From: Octopus bimaculoides
Taxonomy: Eukaryota
Assembly: GCF_001194135.2 (NCBI RefSeq)
Contig: NC_068982.1
Span: 66,865,200-66,929,199 of the forward strand
Length of the DNA: 64,000 bases
Direction of reading: 5' to 3'
Shown: piece by piece, positions 51,325 through 64,000 of the stretch
Layout of the letters: each line of letters starts with the position of its first letter
Numbering within the stretch: position 1 is the first letter of the stretch
Translations under genes and position numbers: made by a program
Notes under the pieces: model-generated
The model's database searches: none
What the model was told of the DNA's origin: nothing
The model's input: only the letters and a program-made list of their open reading frames with translations

Positions 51325-51442
51325 TAAGAAGAAGAAGAAGAAGAAGAAAAAAAGAAGAAGAAGAAGAAGAAGAAGAAGAAGAAGAAGAAGAAGAAGAAGA
51401 AGAAGAAGAAGAAGAAGAAGAAGCAGCAGCAGCAGCAGCAGC
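51325..51442. repeat. (AAG)n of about 30 units then (CAG)n
   Basis: Direct reading. Confidence 0.95.
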
Positions 51443-53609
51443 TTATTGCATATAGTGCTCAGGTGCACTACAATTTACAAATTATCTCGTCTTGACGTTT
51501 CTAAATTCTTATGACATAACAACATAAAATTTTTGCTGGTAAGTATCAAAGCTTTTTAAATGGATGGAGAAATCTGAAGGATTGCTTTAGTACAATGGTA
51601 GAACATCTTTCACATTTACAGAAGATGTAGGCTTGTGTCCCACAATTAGCCTTCAAATTTTCCCATCAAAGGTGTTTTTAACCCAATATTTTATACATGC
51701 TGTTGTTTACAGCTTTATCTATTTCAAGTTCTACAATTGAAAATGATTTATTTCTTGCATTTTACTAAAGTAAATATATTAAATTACTGTTTTGGTTTAA
51801 AGCCTAAATGACTTTCATTCCTTCAGTTTCCAAAGGCTTTATTAGCAGACAATTTTAAATCTAATGGTAGGTAGGAGGGAAGAATTCCCTATGCCTGATG
51901 TCAAGAAGCTCCCTCAAAACCTTAAAGCACCCTAAAGTTGCTATCAAAATAGATTATTGCTTCTCCAGTCATGTCCTGGTGATAGTTCAGAAAAATAGGA
52001 AACAGTCAGTCAGTCAATTTATACACATTTAGGTTCTTGCTGAAAGATTATGGAATTGGAACATCAAGGAAATACCAAGAGAAAGAATAAATAAATAAAT
52101 AAGTAAAGAAAGAAAGAAAGAAAGACAGAAAGAAAGAAAGAACAAAGTAAAAGTAGATTCCAGTAGATTCCATCTGAAAACATCTTGTTTACTGAAATCT
52201 ATTTCTATATTATATGAACTGTTAAGATAAGATAAAAAATAAAATGCATGCTACTAGACATAATCAAGGTTAACCACTCTGTTATTGTTGCTGTTGTTTT
52301 TACTGTTAGTTAGTCCCAACACTGCTCTGATAAAGTAGACCTGTGGTCAAATGTATCCTAGCCATGACCATCTCGTCTTTGTTTTTTGCTTTGACTTTTT
52401 TTTTAGATATCTGTATCTAGGATTCAATTTTCCAATGTGTTCTTCCTATTATATTTCAAATGGTCGGGTATTGTATTAGAGAGATTTGGCAGTTATTTCT
52501 AGCAAGTTGAGTGACTACATAGAGTCTACCATATTAACTTGCTCTAGCCATGTTGGTTGCTTTGGCTAAAGTATAATTAGTAATTTTCTTTATGGGCTTA
52601 GATAAGTATCATTGAAGAAATAGAAGGTCATTTGATAATTACTATTAGAGAAATGATAAATAAGTTTCTGTAGGTTGTCTCATTATCATTATTATATATT
52701 TGTGATTTCAGTGTCGCCTCAAAAGCTGAAATTCTTCTAGGTGAAAAAAAGAAAAAAGAAAAGAAAAAGCTTATTCAAACCAAACCAAAAATATAAATCA
52801 GGAGAAACCAAAATAACTATGCAACTAAACATAAGAAAGAAAAATAATACAAAGAAAGAGAAAAAAAAACTTGCAATTCATAAATAACATGCTGGTTTTA
52901 TTAGGAAGATATCTTAAATCTAATTATTTATATTCAAAACGTAATAGATGATTAGATTTTTCACTTTTTAATAGAAATAGATTTTCATCCAATGAGATTT
53001 GAAATTAAACAAAATCAAATTAATGAATGTTATCATTTACATAAACTACTTATAAACATACTACTACATACACATATACCTTCATAAGCACGCGTGCACA
53101 ATTTTACTTTCCTGTCTATTGAAGGTTGATTAAATAAGGATCAAATACAAATATTAGTAGGCAAATATAATCGACTGAAACTCTAAAAGGTAGTGTTCCA
53201 GGAATTACATGCTCATTTCAAATTCCACTAAGGTCAACTTTGCCTTTCATCCTTTTCTAGGTCAATAAAGTAAAGTATCAGTATAATGGACTATACTCTT
53301 TCCATTCAAATTTCTGACCTTGGATTCAAAAAGCAATAGTGCTGGTGTCACATAAGAGTGTTCATGCCAATGCCACATTAAAAACACCCAGCACAGGCTG
53401 TAAAGTGTTTGGAATTAGGAAGGACATCCAACTATAGAAACCAAGCCAAATCAGACTGGGACCTAGTGCAGCTATCCAGTTTCCCAGCTCTGGTTAAACC
53501 ATCCTACCCATGCCAACATGGAAAACAGATGTTAAAAGAAGAAGAAGAAGACGACGACGACGGCGCCACAATCACCACCACCACCACCACCATCATCATT
53601 ATTATTATT

Positions 53610-53830
53610 CTTCAGGTAGCAAGCTGGCAGAATCATTAGCATGTTGGGCAAAATGCTTAGCAGTATTTCGCTTGTCATTATTGTTCTGAGTTCAAATTCT
53701 GCTGATGTTAACTTAGTCATTCATCCTTTCAGGGTTGATAAATTAAGTACCAGTGAAACACTGGGATTGATGTAATCAACAAGTTCCCTCCCCAAAATGG
53801 CTGCCTTTGTAGCAAAATTTGAAACCATTA
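53610..53830 (+). mobile_element. SINE family C
   Basis: Head, central domain and (TTA)n-like tail. Confidence 0.85.
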
Positions 53831-53992
53831 TTATTATCATTATCACTATTATGTTGTTTTTTTTCTTCTTTCTTCAAATTTTCTTCCATTTCTCGCCAAG
53901 TGTTTTTCCGTACACTTAGGGCAGAGAAGCTCATTGTATGCATTCCCAGTTTACATATGCAAATTCACAGGTAAAATATGTATTTAAAAAAA

Positions 53993-54040
<48 letters not shown>

Positions 54041-54074
54041 CATATATAGGATTGAGGTAACTCCTCCAGAAGAT

Positions 54075-54268
54075 ATAGAGTCAAAATTAAAAGAAGTGTG
54101 CCATTGTCATCTAATGAATAATATTTCGACATCTTGTGTGTCTTCAACAGGTTCAAAAAATAATAATAGATTGACAAAATTATTTTTTGAACCTGTTGAA
54201 GACACACAAGATGTCGAAATATCATTCACTAGATGACAATGGCACTCTTCTTTTAATTTTGACTCTAT
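54075..54268. repeat. 194-bp palindrome (90-bp arms, 87/90 identical, 14-nt spacer); each arm holds a hammerhead-like motif
   Basis: 54075-54164 is the reverse complement of 54179-54268; CTGTTGA-A-GACA..TGTC-GAAATAT-C. Confidence 0.9.
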
Positions 54269-54485
54269 TATTATTATTATTATTATTATTAAGGCAGCAA
54301 ACTGGCAGAATTGTTATCACACTGGACAAAATGCTGCTGAGGTCAACTTTTGCCTTTTGTCCTTTTGGGGTCAATAAAATAAGTACCAATTGAACATGGG
54401 GGTTATTGAATCTGACTAGGCCCCACTTTGCAAATTTTGGGCCTTGTGCCTATAGCAGAAAGAATTATTATTATTATTATTATTA

Positions 54486-54862
54486 TTACCTCCGCCAAGG
54501 AAGGAGGTTATGTTTTCATCGGCGTTGGCCTGTCCATCTGTGTGCAAAATAACTCAAAATGTTGTGAACAGTATTTGATGAAACTTACAGGAAAAGTTGG
54601 TAATGACACAAGGAACAGATGATGAAATTTTGGTAGTGATCCCGGAATTTTTATGGATTCTTGAAGGATTTTTCATTTGTTATATTTACTTTACATGAAG
54701 TATTACAATGTTACGTTCTTTGATTATCTCCCTTGAAAACATGTTCATCATTTCTACTTAACCTATGGTGGCGTTGTTGTTTCCAAAGTTTATTTTTGTT
54801 TCTCTATTAGTAATTTTACTCACATATCTATCTTAAAATGTGCTGCTTGGTGGAGGTCTGTG
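54486..54862 (+). mobile_element. Helentron/HINE-like non-autonomous element (3' end eroded)
   Basis: TTACCTCCGCCAAGG..GGTTATGTTTTC start; inverted copy CTTGGTGGAGGT near the end. Confidence 0.65.
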
Positions 54863-55048
54863 GAGAATGACATGACAGGCCTTGACTATTGAGATTGACT
54901 AAAAAATCTCAGGCCTTGCTCCCTCCACTGCCACTGTGAAACTAGCTTGCTGTTGTCATTGATGTATTATAACTGCTTCAGATGATTCCTGTTTTTAAAG
55001 GGCTTTTTTTTTTCTTTAATTCATATGGCTGCGTGTTTTTTTTAAAAA

Positions 55049-55173
55049 TCCGCCAAGGAGGCTATGTTTTTGCTGGCATTGGTTTGGGAAATTGGGTGAT
55101 TTTCAGCATGCGTGTATATGGGTGGAAATGAGTTGCTTGGCGGAGGTCTGCGCTCTCCGAGTGCTTTTCTAGT
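55049..55173 (+). mobile_element. Short HINE-like copy with an intact 3' end
   Basis: TCCGCCAAG..CTTGGCGGAGGTCTGCGCTCTCCGAGTGCTTTTCTAGT. Confidence 0.7.
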
Positions 55174-56331
55174 CATCGTCGTCGTTGTCATCATCATCAA
55201 GGCAGCAAGCTATCAGAATTGTTAGCACACTGAGCAAAATGCTTAGTGGCATTTTGTCTGTCTTTGCATTCTGAGTTCAAATTCCACCAAGGTTAATTTT
55301 GCCCTTCATTTTTTTGCAGGTTGATAAAAAAAAAGTACCTGTTGAGCATTGGAGCTAATGTAATGACTGAAGTGAGTAAAAGAACAACAGATTCTCTGCT
55401 AGCTTCAATGATGAACATTTAGTTGTTCAATTAAATGAACTACATCTCTGCAAAATTTACATATAAGTGGTTGAATATACCATAGTAATTTATACAATCA
55501 GGCTGAATCAGCATGACAGAATGTGATAGTGCTGGACCTTTGAATTACAGCTACAATCCATACAACTAGCCTTCACACATTTTCCATCTATTTCAATGAC
55601 AAGGCTTGTGAAAAGGGAATATAAGAATGGAACATCTTTTAACTTATATTTGATCCAGTTATTAGACTGTGGCCATGCTGGGGCACTGCTTGGAAGGGTT
55701 TAGTCTAAAAAAAATTAACCCTAGTATTTGTCTTTAAGTGTGGCTCTTTTGCTGAAATGTTAAGTTACCGGGAGGGGACAAATACACACACACACACTAC
55801 AGGCTTCCAAACAATTTCCATTAACTAAATTCACTCACAAAGCTTTGGTTGACCCAGGGGCTATATTATAAGATACTTGCTAAGGTGTCTTGCAGTGGGA
55901 CTGAACCAGAGACTGCATGGTTTGATTACTGTGTCCATTTATATTAATTTACCTTACACTATGGATTCTATTAAGTTTTTTGTTTTTGCCAATGCTGACC
56001 AACTCTATGGATTTTAATGTTTTTGGCTATGGTTCTATGCCATTGGTAGCAATGGTTTTGGTGATTCTAATGTTATTTTTAACAGCTCACACTGGAAATG
56101 ATGATGACAAAAATTAAAGAAATTTAGAGATAAAGAGAAAAGAAGATGTAAACAAAAAAAAAATAGAAATTACACTCTTACCACAATAACAAATAACTAA
56201 GATTTAGAGAGTTAGTTATTTATTTTAGCATGAAGTCTTGTCAAAGATGGCTGAGAAATAATAATGTTTCGTTGCTGTAATAACAATGAATTGTGTAAGA
56301 AAAGCAATTAGGAAACCCCAGAAATGAAATT

Positions 56332-56548
56332 CGAGGGGGTTCTGAAAAGTTCCTGGCTGTGGGTAAAAGAAAATACAAAGGAAGATCAGTTAAATATGAT
56401 TTTATTCAACATTTTCCCCTCTCAGATTCACACACTTATTGAAGCAGTCCTTCAGTTTTTCTAAGCCTTGTAAAAGAACTTGGAAGGTAGACTTCCAACC
56501 AGGTCTTTTGCAACACCCTTAAGCCAGGAACTTTGCAGCACCCACTCA
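56332..56548 (-). mobile_element. Mariner-derived MITE
   Basis: 27-bp terminal inverted repeats (23/27), TA at 56549-56550; internal minus frame LQGLEKLKDCFNKCVNLRGENVE* is a mariner C-terminus. Confidence 0.85.
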
Positions 56549-58924
56549 TATATTCATCCAATGGATAGAAACAAGATTTATCTGACAAGAATGAATGTGT
56601 GGCTGAGAGAGAGATGGTTAATAAGTTAGTTAGAGAACAATAGGTTCTCCTCTTCATACTTTCCCATTATTTATAGAAAATGACTGCAGAGGAAGAACAG
56701 TGTCACATTTGTGAGTGGCTTCAAGGCTAACAGACTATTGAATTACAGACAGACATTATTAAACTGGGTTACATATTTATTTATTTAGAAACATTAGTAA
56801 GATATTTGGTGCAATGGTACTTGATTGGTCACAAACATTTGTTCAAAGAAAATATATATATATATAAATAAATGAAAATTAGAGCATTCAAGTGAAAATA
56901 ACAAAACTAATAAATTACATATCATTATAGTTTCATTTATTGCTCACCATTACTGCACAGAAAAAAGATACATACACTAAACAGAAGAATATAATGGTAT
57001 AAATGATTTGATAATGCTGATTAACCCAATGTGACCTTCCTTCTTTTGTAATATATGCATAATTAACATAATTACTTTTGTCCCACTTTTAGGACCTACA
57101 CATTCATTATCTACTTTATATATCTTATCATTTAATTTCAATGTTACTGTCCTTCATCTTCGTCTTTGAAATGTCAATCATTCTTTTAATGCACTGGTAG
57201 CAATGAAAGAAATAGTGAAGTATGGGACCAAATACTTAGCAGAATTTGTTTTGATTACTTTGTAAGTTATTTCAAATCCTACCAGGCTGTACAGTTTCTG
57301 TCTACAAATTCTATACAAAATGCACAGGTCAACCTAGGACGATAGTAAAACACATTTGCCCAAGATAACATGCATTGAAATTAAGTACATGGGTGCAAAG
57401 TGAACTTCTTAACTACACAACCATACCAGCACCTATGGTTCTTACTTCAATGGAATGTTTCTCATCATTCTGGTGACAATAAAATAAGAGTCAAATACCA
57501 GTGTTGATGTAATAATTTGTTTCCTGTTTTCAGAAACATCTGGCCTTGTGCTAGTGTCAGAAATCATTATTAAAGAAAACATTTAAACCTGACTCAAGTT
57601 GGAATTGTCGTTTTAACGGGATTAATCAATAATAAAATGGTATTGCAACAGGTTTTGTGCATTAGCATGTCTACACAAGTAGCTAAGTTTCAATTCTCAC
57701 TCAGAAGGAAGGAATAAATGGTGTTCTGGTGGACATAAAAGCTGACAAATGACTACAAGGTAGAGTTGGAAGGAACATACAGACAGACTGATGTGTAAAT
57801 AGACAAACAGATAGATAGATAACAGGCCCGCAGACAGACAGGAGTGCAGGAAGATAGAAAGTTTGATAAATAAAGAATTAAATCAATAGATGATTAGTGG
57901 ATGGATGGATGGACGGACGGACGGATGAATGGACGGACGAACAGACAGATAAATATGGATAGATATATAGATATTGACGGGTAGTTATACATAGACAAAT
58001 GGATAGGTTAAAGAAAGTGTGCAGATAGAAGAGAAAAAGGTAAAAAGAAAGGCGAATAGAAAGATAGATACATTTTTTTATAGTTAGATAAGTAAACATC
58101 CAGACTGACACACAGACTAATAACCAACCAGATAGATAGATAAATAGCTTCATAAATATAGAGATGTAAACATTTCTTGGAAATTTTTCAATTACATACA
58201 TACCTACATATGAATACATACATACACATATACATAAAGATAATACGCACACATATACATTCATATATATACACATACATACACACATCTACACATGCAT
58301 ACACTCATATATATATACATACACACACATATATACATTTACCAAACACTCATGATATTTCTCCATTACTTCACAATTAACTTTAACACTATCAACACTA
58401 TAAACATCAAATCAACCGTTTGTTTTCTGATGCTTGCATCAGTCTACAGATTCTGTCTGGTTATAACAGTTACCACAGCAACAATATGATGGCTTTCTCT
58501 GCATCACATACACAATACTTATTTGCAGATATTTTTCTAGCAACAGATTTACTTACTGTCATTTCTGTTGCTGTTGTTGTTGTAGTTGTCATTACTTCCT
58601 GTCATTTTTGTTATTGTTGTTAAGCCCCAAGCAGGTCTATGATCAAGGGCATTTTACCTGAACCATCCTGATTTTTTAGAATTACATTATCTTAAGTGGG
58701 GTCTGAGGAATCCTAGGGTTCAATGAAAAACTTCTGGGATTCCATGATATATCTTTTAATAAAATTTAACCAACCTGCCTGATGGTACAAACTTCCTGTT
58801 TCAAAACTATCTAAATTAAAATCTTTCATGTTAATTTATGTTCCAAACATCAGTTAAATAACAACTGTTATTTTACTAAATTCTTCATTATTTTCAAATG
58901 TTCAGGAAGCTTCTTCAGTTATGT

Positions 58925-59085
58925 TCTTACATGCAGGAACTAAATACCACATAATAAGGAGTCAAGGAGTCTTGGTCCCACTCCATTCATTGATATTGTC
59001 AGTCCACAAATATTTTGACAACTTCTTGCTCTTTTCCCTTCCACACTTCCTGTGCAGATGGTCTTTAGCAATGATTCATAACCCA
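58925..59085 (-). pseudogene. RTE/BovB-like LINE C-terminal remnant
   Basis: SLLKTICTGSVEGKRAR..WTDNINEWSG across a frameshift. Confidence 0.45.
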
Positions 59086-59094
59086 TCGTCATCA

Positions 59095-59300
59095 TCACCA
59101 TCATCATCATCATCATTTAACGTCCGCTTTCCATGCTAGCATGGGTTGGACGATTTGACTGAGGACTGGTGAACCAGATGGCTACACCAGGCTCCAATCT
59201 GATTTGGCAGAGTTTCTACAGCTGGATGCCCTTCCTAACGCCAACCACTCCGAGAGTGTAGTAGGTGCTTTTACGTGCCACCAGCACGAAGGCCAGTCTA
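59095..59300 (-). mobile_element. Well-preserved RTE 3'-tail fragment
   Basis: (ATC)n-TTTAACGTCCGCTTTCCATGCTAGCATGGG..TTTTACGTGCCACC. Confidence 0.88.
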
Positions 59301-60417
59301 AAATATTATAGCTTAGTGGACTTGATTCTCAGCAACAGGTATATTGGGACAAGTTTTCTAGTGCATCGTTTGTTACTCTCAGATAACATCACTCTATGAC
59401 GAAGAGTGCAGTCTAAAATGTTTGACTTTATCTCTTCCTCATAGGAAACTAATATATTTCACTTTGGGACTTTTTATATTTATTAATTGCCTATGTAAGC
59501 CATCACTAATTTTCTTGGATCTTATTGTTTACTTTATTAAAGGTTAAAAGTTTGCTGTAGCCATTCTGTACATAACTATACTTGCCTCACTCTACTAGGG
59601 TGACAATAGGTTCAAGTTTCACTGCTAATTCATAGGTGATGGTAGTCAGCAATATATAGGGCCCCTAGTATTTAAAAACCATTTGCTCTAACAACAGAAA
59701 CATATCCAAATTTGTTAAAACTGTCTCTCCAATAGATGTAAATTATTAATAAATATAGAATGTCTCTGATAAAGCATCCAACCTAAATCACTAAGATAAC
59801 AAGCAACATAATAAACACCATAGAGTGACTTCCCACCAGTCAGTGATGTCAGCCGCATATACCTCTGCCGTGAAATGGTTTCCTATTTGGAAATGTATCT
59901 CAATATCTTTCAGAAACTGGAAATTAGAAGAAAGTGCTTCTAATTTGGCACTGAAATTAAAACTAAGACTTGCCAAATAACTCACTAATGTTCCAAACTG
60001 CCCACCAACTTTTTAATAATTCTCTCTAATTTTGGTACAAGGCCAGCAATTTTAGTGAAGGAGATTTGTTGATTACATCAAATCCATTGCTCAACTGGTA
60101 CATTACTTTATCAACCTCGAAAGAATGAAAAGCAAAGTCAAATTTTAATTCAGAATGTACAGAGCCAGAAGAAATGCCACTAAACATTTTGAATGACATG
60201 CTAACAATTCTGTCAGCTTGAATGATAGCTAAAAGATATAAGGCCACAAATTTGGTAGAGGCTACAGTTGACTACATCGATCTTACTATTTGACTTATAC
60301 TTATTTTATTTAGCCCAGGATAATGAAATGAATAGTCAACCCAAAAGGTCTGAAGCTCAAAATAGAGACACCACAAGACCTTTTCTCACCTACATTATTG
60401 ATTCTCCCATAATCTTT

Positions 60418-60607
60418 TATCTTTTACTTGTTTCAGTCATTGGACTGTGGCCATACTGGGGCACCTCCTTGAATGGCTTAATCACACAAATCATCAGTCA
60501 TACTTATTTTTAAGTCTGATATTTATTTTATTAGTCTTTTTTGCTGAACTGCTAAGTTACAAAGGTATATAAACAAACTAAAACTGATTGTCAAGAGACA
60601 GTGGGAG

Positions 60608-60639
<32 letters not shown>

Positions 60640-60828
60640 GCAAACACATATAATGGGCTTCCATACAGTTTCTGCTAACCAAATTTACTCGCAAGACTGA
60701 TTGACTTATGGGCGGAGGGGAAGGGGACATAAATAGAAGACACTTGCCCAAGGTACAATGCAGTGCAACTAAACCACAAACCATGTGGTTGCGAAGCAAG
60801 TTTTTTAACCACATAGCCATGCCTGCAC
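60418..60828 (-). mobile_element. SINE family A, diverged
   Basis: Both arms around (CA)n. Confidence 0.75.
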
Positions 60829-60832
60829 CTAA

Positions 60833-60890
<58 letters not shown>

Positions 60891-60911
60891 ATAATAATAA
60901 TAATAATAAAA

Positions 60912-61375
60912 TGGCCAAACTCTGAGACATGTCAGTTTATACAGATTGGGAGGATAGAGTAAAAAAAGAAAAAGATGTCCAGAGATTATTTTCAAAAGAA
61001 TATTGTATATAAAAACCAAAAATATCTTCTAATCAACATATCAATTCCAACAAATGACAATATCTGTCTGGGAGAGAAGGAGAAATTATCCACATTTCAA
61101 GAAATGGAAAAAGAGATAACCAGAAATGTGGAGATTGAAAGCAAAAACAATCCCCATCATAATAGTTAACTTGGGAATGATAAAGAAAGAGATGCAGACA
61201 AATATCTAACTGAAACTCTAATAACTATACACATAAACAACAAAGGGAAAAAATATCTCAAGTAGACATTGTAGAAGAGTTTCAATACACAAGAAAACAC
61301 ACACAGAAAAAAAGAGCAATAACACTGTGCTTGGTTGTATAGCAAAAGTAAATGTGCAATAAAAAAAAAAAACTC
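60912..61375 (+). pseudogene. R4/Dong-like RLE LINE 3' fragment between TAA tracts
   Basis: YLLINISIPTNDNI..KEKLSTFQEMEKEITR..TIPIIIVNLGMIKK. Confidence 0.6.
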
Positions 61376-61399
61376 CTCAATAATAATAATAACAATAAT

Positions 61400-61631
61400 A
61401 ATAATAATCCTTTCTACTACAGGCACAAGTCCTGAAATTTGAGGGGTGTGGGGTTAGTCGATCACACCGACCTCAGTATGTTGACTGGTACCTAATTTAT
61501 TGACCCCAAAAGAATGAAAGGCAAAGTCAACCTTAGCAAAATTTGAACTCAGAACATAGCAACGGGCGAAAAACTGCTAAGCACTTCGTCCAGTGTGCTA
61601 ATGATTCTGCCAGCTCACTACCTTAATAATG

Positions 61632-61662
<31 letters not shown>

Positions 61663-61882
61663 TAATAATCCTTTCTACTATAGGCACAAGGCCAGTTTTA
61701 GGAAAAAGGATTAAATCAATTATATTAACCCCAATATTCAATTGGAACTTATTTTATCGACCTCGAAAGGGTGAAAGGTAAATTTGACCTCAGCGGAATT
61801 TGAACTCAGAACATAAGACAGATGAAATGCTGCTCAGCATTTTGCCTGGTGTGCTAACTATTCTGCCAGCTTGCCACCTTAA
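61400..61882 (-). mobile_element. Two tandem SINE family C copies
   Basis: Each preceded by (AAT)n CCTTTCTACTA. Confidence 0.85.
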
Positions 61883-61944
61883 TAATAATGGTTTCATTGG
61901 GTTCAATACCACCCAATATGAAAAACCATCTGAAAACTTTAGAG

Positions 61945-62118
61945 ATACCTTACAATCTAGATGTATTGCAAAAGTTGGCATTATTTGGAACCGCACGCAT
62001 ATTGCGTAAAGTACTGTCTGTCTGAGGTCCTTGTTGTGACTTGACAAACAGTACAAACTCCCGGTAGATACAATATCGTCAATCAACAACCTCATGATAT
62101 TGTATACTATGCAATGTC

Positions 62119-62150
<32 letters not shown>
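61945..62150 (+). mobile_element. R4/Dong-like LINE 3' end with a (TAA)n tail
   Basis: PYNLDVLQKLALFGTARILRKVLSV*; matches 29576-29760. Confidence 0.8.
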
Positions 62151-62151
<1 letters not shown>

Positions 62152-62419
62152 TAATGATGACGATGATTTAAAATTTTGGCAGAAGTCTAGTAATTTCAGA
62201 GGGAGTGGGATAAATTAATTCCATCAAGCCTAGTACCAAACTGATACTTAATTTCAAAAGGACGAAATGCAAAGTCAACCCTTTTGAACTCAGAAATGCA
62301 AAGTCAACCCAATTTGGACTCAGAACATAAAATCAGAAGAAATGCTGCTAAGCATTTTTCCTGGCGTGGTATTGATTTTGCCAGCTCGCCACCCACTCTC
62401 CTACTTCCGCCTTCACCAC

Positions 62420-63543
62420 AGCTTCAGCTCAATACTACACATCCCCTCCCCAATCTAACAATCACTATCACTTACATCCCTTTTATAGTCTTCCAGCCAT
62501 TTAGGTAGATGATGCTCTATTTGGGATTGTTGCAAGGATGCAGTGCCAGCCTCTTCCTCTCTTTGTTTTTTGTCATTGGAGGAGCTCACAACCCTCTTGA
62601 TGTCTAGGATGCAATGCAGCATTCCTTCCACTGATACATTGTTACGAGAGTTCACTGCTGTCACTCTTCTTTTCCCTAATCAGTTGATGGGGAAGCTACT
62701 GGGACAGTAGCTCCCCTCCATCCGTTTCCCTGTTTACACTGGTTAGCAATGTGTCCTGGTTCATCACACCAGTAGCACACCACTTCCAATCTCGGTGCCG
62801 TGTAGTCTCTGACTATATGAGGACCCCGACACCTGAAACATGGTCCCGTCATCGTTCGCCCAGCTTCTCTTGCCTCGTTCTTCTTCCTGTTAGTTTCGAT
62901 TTGCCTCTTCGTTGTTTTCGTCTCCATCATCATACAAACTACATTGTATTGTTCTGAGTCATGATGCGAGTATGCTCTATCAACTTTCTCACCAGCATGG
63001 TGTGGATACCTGGCAGTTGCTGCAAACTTATTGAGATGTGATTGGGAAATCCGGTCACAAAAGTCAACCTCACAACACTCTCCATTGCCTCGCCAGAAGT
63101 CCCTGCTAAAGCCACTAATCTCCTAATCTCACTCACATAGTCCTCGACCTGTTCTATGGTCCCCCCTCATGCTTCTGAGCTTACTATATGCCTTAAAACT
63201 CCCTCTGTATAAGCAACTTTCAGCTGTTCCTTGAGCTTTTTGACCTTTTGCTGCTCGTCTTGACATCTCTAGATACAGGCTCAGCGCACTACCTTCTAAA
63301 TACAATGGTAGGAGGCTGGCTATGTCCTGTATCCCCTGTAATTAAGCTACTAGCTTCGCCTTCTTTATCCAGGCCACTACATCGCCTTCTTTATCCAGGC
63401 CACTACATCGCCTCGGCCAGAGAATGGTCTCAACATGTCGTTGCCGAGTCTAATTTTCGATGGCATATTTTACCATGGACAGATTTTTCTTTTTTTTTTG
63501 AGCACTACACAATGAGCCAAAATAGCTTCAGCTCAATACCACA
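62420..63543 (-). mobile_element. Pol-deleted Gypsy-like LTR retrotransposon
   Basis: LTR-start stubs TGT(G/A)GTATTGAGCTGAAGCT at 63543-63524 and 62439-62420 (19/20); polypurine tract GGGGAGGGGA at 62451-62442; integrase-tail-like HLPKWLEDY. Confidence 0.75.
62676..63466 (-). pseudogene. Gypsy gag, full span but disabled, with two CCHC knuckles
   Basis: MLRPFSGRGDVVAWIKK..LPLYLEGSALSLYLEM..EIRRLVALAG..LTFVTGFP..CFRCRGPHIVRDY..CYWCDEPGHIANQC; 26-bp tandem duplication at 63356-63407, a stop and frameshifts. Confidence 0.85.
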
Positions 63544-63859
63544 GATACCCAAGGATACAGGTAGTGACATAAATTCTACCGGGAATAAGAATGAATCTGA
63601 ATCAAATCAGAAATAATAATAATGGTTTCATTAAGACACAAGACCAGTATTTTCTTGAATGGAGAGGGTTGGTCAAAACCCCTGACTCAGTACTTGGCTG
63701 CACTGGAATTTACTTTTTTTTTTTTGCCAGAGGTTCTGCATTGTATACACAGAAAAGATTGAGGAAATAGAAATGGAAGTCCTCAAATATGACAAAGCAA
63801 GGTGATTATAACACTTTCCTACATAAACTAAAGGGAGAATAAATGTACAAGTGTGGTAT

Positions 63860-64000
63860 TATAATTATTAAGAAGAAAGCATACATTTCTTGGAATGCCT
63901 ATTTGATACCAAAATCAAGAAAATGGTGAAGAAAAAGTAGAGTATTATACCAATTTGAAGCATGAAATTCTGAAATGTTGCAAAAAATGAAGCTAACATG
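63860..64000 (+). pseudogene. Probable RLE LINE fragment running off the window
   Basis: CLFDTKI..EEKVEYYTNLKHEILKC across a frameshift. Confidence 0.45.

Noticed and set aside
50725-51325. Repeat-like block ending in an (AAG)n tail, possibly a LINE 3' UTR
   Set aside because: No second copy or coding anchor in the window to support a family call
62420-62439. 20-bp direct repeat first read as a LINE-type TSD around a gag retrocopy
   Set aside because: No 3' poly(A); the repeat follows a polypurine tract and starts TG, so it is better explained as LTR starts

Overview
Eukaryotic, AT-rich, repeat-saturated draft-assembly sequence with N gaps at 844-1169, 12880-13045, 14255-14628, 15570-15915 and 50940-50989, plus several 10-N gaps. 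The SINE/LINE repertoire looks octopus-like (inference from recognised repeat families, no search run). No prokaryotic features, CRISPR array, rRNA or intact tRNA gene is visible, and almost all ORFs in the six-frame track are microsatellite or repeat artefacts. Mobile elements: a decayed RTE-clade LINE, six R4/Dong-like (restriction-like endonuclease, RLE) LINE fragments, a pol-deleted Gypsy element with a full-length but disabled gag, piggyBac, hAT, mariner and DD41D transposase remnants, MITEs, Helentron/HINE-like elements and at least five tRNA-derived SINE families. One convincing Ser-rich coding exon (22850-22950, minus) suggests the window is mostly intronic. Most notable observations: (1) the RTE insertion at 4679-7216 has the geometry of a twin-primed 5' inversion, bounded by a perfect 14-bp target-site duplication (TSD); (2) at least seven hammerhead-ribozyme-like motifs sit in different repeat families, including one fused to a tRNA-derived SINE head, one doubled in a 194-bp palindrome, and a recurrent CUGUUGA core variant; (3) retroelements are stacked in (TAA)n microsatellites; (4) a gag-only Gypsy derivative.
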